Of a stretch of 64,000 bases of DNA, positions 57,052-64,000 are shown piece after piece; the stretch's first letter is position 1; each line of letters opens with the position of its first letter. This stretch comes from Candidatus Lustribacter sp. (GTDB lineage: Bacteria > Vulcanimicrobiota > Vulcanimicrobiia > Vulcanimicrobiales > Vulcanimicrobiaceae). The notes under the pieces were generated by a model, which saw only the letters and a program-made list of their open reading frames with translations, ran no database searches and was not told the origin of the DNA. The translations under genes and the position numbers were made by a program. Where the stretch lies: assembly GCA_965277805.1 (NCBI GenBank), contig OZ255842.1:1504001-1568000 (forward strand), written 5' to 3'.

Positions 57052-57951
57052 ATGGAACGGAAAAAAGCCTCCGATTTCCCGCAAGAGCTCCTCGATCTGT
57101 TTCAACTCTACGTGCACGGCGAGATCGACCGTTCGGGCTTTCTGAACGGGGCCGCGAAGTTCGCCGTAGGCGGTTTGACGGCCGCGGGCCTCTTGGCCGC
57201 GCTCAAACCGAACTTCGCCTGGGCCATGCAAGTGCCGCCCGACGACAAGCGCATTCGCGTTGAATACGATACCGTTCCATCACCGCTCGGCAACGGCTCG
57301 ATCAAGGGCTACTTGGTGCGGCCGGCCGCCGCAAGTGCGAACGCGAAGGTGCCGGCAATAATCGTCATCCACGAAAATCGAGGCCTCAATCCCTACATCG
57401 AAGACGTTGCCCGCCGCTTGGGACTGCTCGGCTACACGGCGTTTGCGCCCGACGGCTTGACCAGCGTCGGAGGCTATCCGGGCGATGAGGAAAAGGCCAC
57501 TGCGCTCTTCACCACGGTCGACAAAGGCAAGATGACCGAGGATTTTGTCGCGTCGGCGAAATGGTTGAAGGCGCGACCGGAAAGCAACGGCCGCTACGGC
57601 GCCGTCGGCTTCTGTTTCGGCGGCGGCATCGCGAACACGCTGGCCGTCCGCCTGCCGGACCTCGGGGCCGCCGTGCCGTTCTACGGCACGCCGCCGGCAC
57701 CGTCGGATGTGACGGCGATCAAAGCGGCGGTGCTCGTGCACCAAGCCGGACTCGACACCAAACTTGCGGCGACGTGGCCCGGCTACGACGCGCAGTTGAC
57801 GGCGGCGCACGTGACGCACGACGGTTACATCTACGCGGGTGCCAATCACGGTTTTCACAATGACACGACGCCGCGCTACGATGCCGCCGCCGCGACGCTC
57901 GCGTGGCAGCGCACCGTGGCCTGGTTTGCGAAGTACGTGAACGCGTCCTAG
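57052..57951 (+). CDS. Dienelactone hydrolase family protein (YghX-like)
   Basis: MERKKASDFPQELLDL, HENRGLNPYIEDVARR, nucleophile GFCFGG and HGFHNDTTPRY. Confidence 0.92.
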   Translation: MERKKASDFPQELLDLFQLYVHGEIDRSGFLNGAAKFAVGGLTAAGLLAALKPNFAWAMQVPPDDKRIRVEYDTVPSPLGNGSIKGYLVRPAAASANAKVPAIIVIHENRGLNPYIEDVARRLGLLGYTAFAPDGLTSVGGYPGDEEKATALFTTVDKGKMTEDFVASAKWLKARPESNGRYGAVGFCFGGGIANTLAVRLPDLGAAVPFYGTPPAPSDVTAIKAAVLVHQAGLDTKLAATWPGYDAQLTAAHVTHDGYIYAGANHGFHNDTTPRYDAAAATLAWQRTVAWFAKYVNAS

Positions 57952-58886
57952 GACGCGGCGATCATCTCCGTCGCGCGCACGCGGCGTTCGGTGAACTTCT
58001 CCCGCGCGGAAAGCTCGAGCGTGGGATCGATCATATCCGCGTCGAGCGACTCGGCGTACGTCACCCGCACCATGCGATGCACGGTGGCGTCGTCGATCTT
58101 CGTGTACTTCTGCAAGATCGCGGCCGACCTGTCGTGGTTCGCGTTCGCCCAGCGCGCCGTCTGATAGATCACCGTCGCGAATGCGTGAACGGCCGCGGGG
58201 TTCTTCTTCGCCCAGTCGGCCGTCGCGAACCAGCCGCCGATCATCAGCCGTTTCCCGATCAGCTCGAACGGCTTCGCCAGCACGCGCACGTCGGCGAGGC
58301 TCGCCGCCAGCGACGGTTCGGAGATGACACCGGCAGCGATGGTGCCGCGGTTGAGGGCGGCGCTCACTTGCGAAAACGGCATCTCGATGATGTTGACTTT
58401 GGCGGGATCGGCGCCGTTCGCTTGCAGCCAAGTCACGACGGCCAGATGCGTGATGTCCTTGATGCCGGATACCGAAACCGCTTTGCCCTCGAGATCGCGG
58501 GCGCTCGTGACCGGCGAGTCTTTCGCAACGCAGAGCACGATCGTCGGCGCCGCGGCCGAATACATCCCGCCCCCGGCGATGTACACGAACGGCAAGCCGC
58601 GAATCGTGGCGTTGGCCAGCGTGATGACGCTCGAGATCCCGATGTCCAGGGCGCCCGATGCGACGCCGGTCGAGACTTGCGCGCCGTTGGCGAAGGTCGT
58701 GATCTCGGCGTCGATGCCGGCGCGCGTAAAGTAGCCGAGATCTTGCGCGTAGTAGGCCTCGGCGAAGCTGTCGTTGGCCGTGGCGCCGATCTTCAGCGGG
58801 ATGCGCGTTTGCGCCGCCGCCGGAGACGTGCGCGCGCCCGCGAGCGCAGCCGCCGTAGCGGTGAGAAAAAGCCGTCGATCGATCAC
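57948..58886 (-). CDS. SsuA/NMT1-like ABC substrate-binding protein (#8)
   Basis: Tat leader DRRLFL; AQDLGYFTRAGID and WLQANGAD; GTG overlaps the peptidase stop. Confidence 0.88.
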   Translation of the reverse strand: MIDRRLFLTATAAALAGARTSPAAAQTRIPLKIGATANDSFAEAYYAQDLGYFTRAGIDAEITTFANGAQVSTGVASGALDIGISSVITLANATIRGLPFVYIAGGGMYSAAAPTIVLCVAKDSPVTSARDLEGKAVSVSGIKDITHLAVVTWLQANGADPAKVNIIEMPFSQVSAALNRGTIAAGVISEPSLAASLADVRVLAKPFELIGKRLMIGGWFATADWAKKNPAAVHAFATVIYQTARWANANHDRSAAILQKYTKIDDATVHRMVRVTYAESLDADMIDPTLELSAREKFTERRVRATEMIAAS

Positions 58887-61135
58887 GATTTGCGCTTCGG
58901 CAAACGCTGCGGGATTACCGCGAAGCCCGGATCGCCGAGCTGCCAGAACAGGAAGCTGTACTGATCGGCCAGCAGCGCATCGCTCTGCGCGCGTGAGGAT
59001 GCCATAAACCCGTGACCGGCATCGTAATCGACGCGTAGCAGAATCGGCCGGCCGCTGCTGCTCGCCGCTTGCAAGCGCGCCGCGAACTTGCCCAGCTCCC
59101 ACGGCGAGACGCGTGGATCGTTGATGCCGGTAATCAGCATGACGGCCGGATAGGCGACGCCGTCGCGCACTTGCAAATAGGCATCGATCGGGTAGAGGTC
59201 GTGGAAGCCGGCGGCCGTCGTCTGCGTGCCGAATTCGGGAATGTTGGGCGGTCCGTTAGGCGTGAACTCGCTGCGCAACGCATCGCTGACGCCGACGACG
59301 TCGAGCGCGGCGGCGAAGAGCTGCGGCGCTTGCGTGATCGCGCCGCCGATCGCGATACCGCCCGCACTCGTTCCCTCACCGGCAAGATGCTGCGGGCTCG
59401 TGTAATGATGCGCCACGAGCCACTTGCCGCACGCGATGAAATCGTCGATCGTGTGCTGCTTCGTTGCAAGCATCCCGGCGCGGTGCCAGTCCTCACCGTA
59501 CCAGCCGCCGCCGCGCGGGTGACAGACGGCATAGACGCCGCTGCGCTCGAGCCAAGCGAAGCGGGCCGTTTCGAAATCGGGGAAGATCTCGGTGCCGTAG
59601 GCGCCGTAGCCTTCGAGATATGCCGGATGCGAGCCGTCGAGTCTGATCCCTTTGCGATAGAGTATCGAAAGCGGAACCAGCGTTCCGTCGGCGCTCGGCG
59701 CCTGTACTTCCGCCGACGTGTACGCCGTTGCGTTGAACGGCGACGGCGGCTTCAAATCGGTTTTCACCACGGCCAGGCTCGCATCGTTGCGGTAATAGAG
59801 CAGCGTGTGGGTCCAGCCGGTGAGGCCGAACGTCGTGCCGGCAACGCGCGGATCGGTGAGCATTGCGATCAGCGAGCCGGTAAACGGCATCGGTACCATA
59901 GCCGCGGCGCCGGTGACCTTTCCGTCGTCGTCGACGGGCAGGCGCGCGATGCGCCCGAAGCCGCCGACGCGCGAACGCACGTACAGGCCGTCAGCAGAAA
60001 CGCCGACGCCTTCCACCACCGAGCGCGATGGCGCGACGATCGTTTGCGCGGCAGCCAGATCCGGCGCGGCGAGCGACGTCGCCAGCACCTTGAAGTTCGA
60101 TGCGTTCTTGTGCGAGAGCAAGTAGATCGTGGAACCGCGGAAGTCGAACGACGTGACCTCGTCGGCGACGTCGGCGATCTTTTGCCACGGCGCTTGCGCG
60201 TTGGTCACGCTCGCTGCCGGAGCGGCATAGATCGCCATCTCGTTCTGCACGCCGTTTTGCACCACCGCAAGCGTGTACGTCGATGCCGGTGACGTTACGA
60301 TCGCAACGAAGCCGGTTGCGGGCACCGGTACGGCCGGCGAAACGCCGAAGCCGCCGACGGCGACGTCGGTCTCGGGATCCTGACCGAGCACGTGCAAGAA
60401 CGTGCGCACCTTCTGTTCTTTGTCGGTCGCGGGCTCGCCCGGCGCAAGCTTGTTCTCGCGCAAGTAGTAGAACGATGCGTTATCCGGGCGCCAGCTCGAG
60501 ACGCCGTCGCGCGCGCGGCTGATCGTATCGGGCAGCGCACGTCCGGTGCCGGTCTCGATCACGTGCAGCACCGACTCTTCGGAACCGCCTTCGGAGAGGC
60601 CGTACGCGACGTACTTTGCATCGAGCGAGGGTGCGAAGTAATCGACCGTGTAGTGTTTGCTCGTGTCGGCCGTCAGTGTGTTTGGATCGATCAGCACGCG
60701 TTCGGGCGCGCCTGACGCCGGCCGCACGTAGAGCTTCGGAAGGTTCTCGCCCGGCCGCTGCTTCTCGTAGAAGTACCAATCGCCGACGCGCTGCATCTCG
60801 CCGACGACGGTGCCGGCGTTGTCGAGCTGGTGGATGCGCGCGAGCAGTTTGGTCCGCGCCGGATCGAGCCGCGCCAGCACGCTGCGCGTGTACGTGTTCT
60901 GGGCACGAAAGAACGCTTGCACGTCCGGACGCTTGAGGTCTTCGAAATAGCGGTAGCGGTCGGTCACCGTTGTTCCGAACAGATGTTGCGTCACCGGCCG
61001 CACCGGGGGCGGCGCCGGCGGCGTGGGTAATGCGGCCGGAGCCGCCGAGACGGCGGGTTGCCGCCCGGCGGTGACCGCAACGGCGACCAGCAATGCAACG
61101 GCAGCCAACGAACGAACGGGGACAAAGCGCTTCAT
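58883..61135 (-). CDS. Secreted prolyl oligopeptidase (S9A)
   Basis: Signal peptide; DRYRYFED, GYGAYG, RGGG..G..WH, GTSAGG, NDPRV and AGHG (catalytic triad). Confidence 0.93.
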   Translation of the reverse strand: MKRFVPVRSLAAVALLVAVAVTAGRQPAVSAAPAALPTPPAPPPVRPVTQHLFGTTVTDRYRYFEDLKRPDVQAFFRAQNTYTRSVLARLDPARTKLLARIHQLDNAGTVVGEMQRVGDWYFYEKQRPGENLPKLYVRPASGAPERVLIDPNTLTADTSKHYTVDYFAPSLDAKYVAYGLSEGGSEESVLHVIETGTGRALPDTISRARDGVSSWRPDNASFYYLRENKLAPGEPATDKEQKVRTFLHVLGQDPETDVAVGGFGVSPAVPVPATGFVAIVTSPASTYTLAVVQNGVQNEMAIYAAPAASVTNAQAPWQKIADVADEVTSFDFRGSTIYLLSHKNASNFKVLATSLAAPDLAAAQTIVAPSRSVVEGVGVSADGLYVRSRVGGFGRIARLPVDDDGKVTGAAAMVPMPFTGSLIAMLTDPRVAGTTFGLTGWTHTLLYYRNDASLAVVKTDLKPPSPFNATAYTSAEVQAPSADGTLVPLSILYRKGIRLDGSHPAYLEGYGAYGTEIFPDFETARFAWLERSGVYAVCHPRGGGWYGEDWHRAGMLATKQHTIDDFIACGKWLVAHHYTSPQHLAGEGTSAGGIAIGGAITQAPQLFAAALDVVGVSDALRSEFTPNGPPNIPEFGTQTTAAGFHDLYPIDAYLQVRDGVAYPAVMLITGINDPRVSPWELGKFAARLQAASSSGRPILLRVDYDAGHGFMASSRAQSDALLADQYSFLFWQLGDPGFAVIPQRLPKRKS

Positions 61136-61175
61136 GCCTGCACGATACGCCGCCAAGCGTGCCGCCTCATGGCAA

Positions 61176-62090
61176 TCACCGCGTTGCGGCGATCACCGAG
61201 CTCGGCGGGCGCTCGATTCGCTCGAGGAACGGCTCGAGGAATTTCCCCGTCGCACCGCGCCGGTAGAGCGCCGCAAAGCGAATCCTAAGATTCGGGACGA
61301 TCGAGACGTAGTGCACGCCGCGAATCTTCACGTTGCGCGCTGCCGACGAGAGCAGCGCGACACCGAGGCCGGCGGAGACGAGGCCCAAGAGAATCTGCAC
61401 GTCGGTCGTTTCCTGAACGACGCGCGGCGTAAAACCGGCTTCCCGGCACGCCGTGATGACTTGATCGTAGACCGTCTCGCCGAATTTCGTCGGCGCGGTC
61501 ATCACGAAATCCTCAGCGGCTAATTCACCGATCGCGATTTGACGGCGCGTGGCAAAGCGATGGCCCTCGGGGATCGCTGCGGTTACCGCTTCTTCTGCGA
61601 TCGGCACCACGGCTAACCCATCGTGCTCCACTGCAATGTCGTCGGTGTAGTGGACGAAGCCGAGATCGAGCGCACCGCTTTCGAGCGCCTCGATCTGTTC
61701 GCGCGACCACATCTGCCGCAACTCGACCTTGATGTTGCTGCGGTCGCGGCGGATGCGCCGCACGGTGCGCGCGATCGGGATGAACGGAAAGATCCGGCTG
61801 AACCCAAACACGAGGCGCGTGCTCGCGGCTGCGTTCGCGACTTGCGCCGAACGGAGCGTCGCGCCGGCGGCATCGAGCGTACGCTGCGCCGGCTCGAGCG
61901 TCGCCCGCCCGAGTTCGGTGAGCACGACGCCGCGCGCGGTGCGGACGAACAATTGCCCGCCGAGTTCCGCCTCGAGCTTTTGCATCTGCGTCGTAAGGGC
62001 GGGCTGGGCGATCGCCAGCACTTCGGACGCGCGCGTGAAACTGCCCTGACCGGCGATCTCGACGAAGTAACGAAGCTGCCGAAGTTCCAT
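61176..62090 (-). CDS. LysR family transcriptional regulator
   Basis: MELRQLRYF...SFTRAS..L.IAQPALTTQMQKLEAELG.QLFVR. Confidence 0.95.
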   Translation of the reverse strand: MELRQLRYFVEIAGQGSFTRASEVLAIAQPALTTQMQKLEAELGGQLFVRTARGVVLTELGRATLEPAQRTLDAAGATLRSAQVANAAASTRLVFGFSRIFPFIPIARTVRRIRRDRSNIKVELRQMWSREQIEALESGALDLGFVHYTDDIAVEHDGLAVVPIAEEAVTAAIPEGHRFATRRQIAIGELAAEDFVMTAPTKFGETVYDQVITACREAGFTPRVVQETTDVQILLGLVSAGLGVALLSSAARNVKIRGVHYVSIVPNLRIRFAALYRRGATGKFLEPFLERIERPPSSVIAATR

Positions 62091-62252
62091 TAGGTCTACC
62101 TTATGCTAAAACGTCGTACGAGGCGAGTCATAACATATCGCGATAGCCCTATTCCTACCTGGATATTGGACACAGATTTTGCCCGATGGCATGATGGTCG
62201 CGGCCCGCTCAGGCCTCCAAACGAGCAGAAAGCCAAAAAAAGCAACCCCATC

Positions 62253-62711
62253 ATGAAGACGATCACTACCCTCGCCGCGACCCTCTCGGCAGCGCTCCTC
62301 ATCTCGGCAACGCCCGTTCTAGCAGCCGAGGCAACCACACCGCAAGCGGGCCCGATTCACATCGACGGCGTGCAGCTCTACGGTCAGAACATCGAGGACG
62401 AAGACAGCGACGGCGCCGTTCCCAACTCGGTGAAGATCGCGTTCACGAACACTAGCGCCTCGCCCGCCACCGACGTCGTATTCGCGCTGGAATCCAACGG
62501 TGTCGTGATCGGCGAAGTCGAGGATGCCGGTTCGTTCGCAAACGGCGTCACGGTCAGCCACACGTTCTTCGACGACGAGCTCTCCGACAGCCAGCAAGTC
62601 GCGGTCGAGAAGGCCACCTTCGCCGACGGTACCGTCTGGAACAGCGCCGATGTGCCGGCTTCACAGGGCACCGAAGAACGTAACGCCGTCAACGCGACGC
62701 CGGAGTTCTAA
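62253..62711 (+). CDS. Hypothetical secreted acidic beta-sandwich protein
   Basis: Signal MKTITTLAATLSAALLISATPVLA; IAFTN, DAGSFANG and ATFADGTVW. Confidence 0.75.
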   Translation: MKTITTLAATLSAALLISATPVLAAEATTPQAGPIHIDGVQLYGQNIEDEDSDGAVPNSVKIAFTNTSASPATDVVFALESNGVVIGEVEDAGSFANGVTVSHTFFDDELSDSQQVAVEKATFADGTVWNSADVPASQGTEERNAVNATPEF

Positions 62712-63922
62712 CCCTCGGTCACGGGCCGCAATTGAGCCGGCTCGAGCCGCCGCGCTACGACCAGATACGCAGCGGCCCCGATGAGCGGCATCACGCTCAC
62801 GTCGATGAGCGCCGTCTCGGGGCCGAAGCGCGTCACGGCAAAGCCGACCACGGTGACGAGGATCGAACCCACTCCGAACGCGACGCCGTTGATCAAGCCC
62901 AGCGCCATGCCGAGATTGCGCGGCAAAAGCGACTGCACGATCACGACGCCGGGTGCATTCTGCACCGCCAAAAGGATACTGCCGAGCAGCAGCAGCCCGA
63001 TCCCGAAGGCCGGCGGCGCGAAGAAAAACCCGAGCAAACACGGTACCGCCGCGACCAGCGCGACCACCGAAGCCGTAACCGAACCGAGGCGGTCGCCCAG
63101 ATAACCGCCGAGATACATGCCGATGATGCCGACCAGCAAAAACGCCGTGACGAGTTGACCCGCTTCAACGATCGAACCGCCGCGCGCCGCGAGCAAATTC
63201 GGAAGATAGGTCATGAATGCGGCCGTCGTCAGGAAGCGCGCGGCGGTGCTGCCGACGACCAGACCGATGCCGAGCCGGTCGATGCTTGCCGCCGATGTGG
63301 GTTCCAGCATGCGCTGCGTTTCGTGCGCCGGCTGAGCCGCCACGTGCGCGCGGCGAATGCCGGCGTACACGCACGCGACCGCGAGCAGTCCGAGCGGCAG
63401 CATCACGAGCGACGCCAGCGTGCCGAAACGCGCGAGCAGCGCCGCGATGGCGACCGGTCCGAACGCGAAGCCGAACGAACCGCCGATCTGAAATACCGAA
63501 ATGCCGCCGGACTTGCGCGACCCGCTCAGCAGCGCGGCATACTTGCCGGCTTCGGGATGCATCACGGCCGAACCAAGACCGCCGACGATCACGAGCAGCG
63601 AGAGCATCCACAGCGAACCCGCGAGCGACGCAAACGAGATCGACACCACAACCATCAACACGCCGGTCGGCATGAACCACCAGCGACCGTGCCGGTCGCT
63701 GTAGGCCCCGAAGAACGGCTGCACGATCGAACTGGTCAAATACCAGAGAAAACCCACCGCGCCTTGATACCAGGCCGAAAGCCCGGCGTTGGTCGCGACG
63801 AAAAAGATCGTGAGCGCGACGGTGCCGGAAAAGAAATCGTTGACCCCGTGCCCGAAGGCGATCGCGAGCAAGCCGCGCAGATTCCAATCGGTGCCTTTCG
63901 GCTTTGCGACCGCGTGTGCCAT
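62708..63922 (-). CDS. MFS transporter (Fsr/fosmidomycin-resistance-like)
   Basis: HGVNDF, QPFFGAYSDR, GSAVMHPE and GGYLGDRLG; about 12 TM segments. Alternative start 63973. Confidence 0.88.
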   Translation of the reverse strand: MAHAVAKPKGTDWNLRGLLAIAFGHGVNDFFSGTVALTIFFVATNAGLSAWYQGAVGFLWYLTSSIVQPFFGAYSDRHGRWWFMPTGVLMVVVSISFASLAGSLWMLSLLVIVGGLGSAVMHPEAGKYAALLSGSRKSGGISVFQIGGSFGFAFGPVAIAALLARFGTLASLVMLPLGLLAVACVYAGIRRAHVAAQPAHETQRMLEPTSAASIDRLGIGLVVGSTAARFLTTAAFMTYLPNLLAARGGSIVEAGQLVTAFLLVGIIGMYLGGYLGDRLGSVTASVVALVAAVPCLLGFFFAPPAFGIGLLLLGSILLAVQNAPGVVIVQSLLPRNLGMALGLINGVAFGVGSILVTVVGFAVTRFGPETALIDVSVMPLIGAAAYLVVARRLEPAQLRPVTEG

Positions 63923-64000
63923 CAAGCGCTCTTCGGCGCCGCGCAGGACGGATTCCCCGTCGGCGGCCGCCAACCGTACGGTTCGTGCGATACATCTTCT

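Noticed and set aside
57052-57230. Loss of the twin-arginine motif (DRSGFL) in the YghX-like hydrolase as a pseudogene sign
   Set aside because: The ORF and catalytic motifs are intact; a single motif variant is not evidence of decay.
1-64000. CRISPR arrays, tRNA/rRNA genes, IS elements
   Set aside because: No regularly spaced direct repeats, cloverleaf/T-loop signatures or transposase ORFs seen by eye; intergenic gaps are mostly under 200 bp.

Overview
GC-rich bacterial chromosomal DNA, densely coding (about 65 CDS). I found no rRNA, tRNA, CRISPR array, transposase or prophage. The gene content (gmk-rpoZ, RqcH/NFACT, an MlaD with a C-terminal beta-barrel-like domain, HU with a Lys/Ala tail, many SsuA/NMT1-like binding proteins) suggests a diderm Terrabacteria lineage, possibly Eremiobacterota; this is an inference, not a database result. 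The left third (1-20.5 kb) is mostly housekeeping: EAL/response regulator, rqcH, gmk-rpoZ-glmS-rph-mlaEFD-rhomboid-panE, hup and psuK-psuG-pgi-gnd. The remainder is an accessory catabolic region with eight paralogous SsuA/NMT1-like substrate-binding proteins but no cognate permease or ATPase. They are interspersed with FAD monooxygenases, VOC proteins, Rieske oxygenases, a hydantoinase/aldolase/ThDP-enzyme operon and hydrolases. Main leads: (i) a 28-bp dif-like site at 35867-35894, one arm of which recurs over the promoter of a lone Xer recombinase 11 kb away; (ii) the orphan binding-protein expansion; (iii) a stand-alone Cys-type PrdB/GrdB-like protein with a C-terminal CxC; (iv) a trans-envelope-type MlaD translationally coupled to a rhomboid protease; (v) a putatively exported, divergent nucleoside phosphorylase-fold protein; (vi) recurrent leaderless-type promoters and a possible non-canonical gmk start. 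All calls come from motif recognition by eye.
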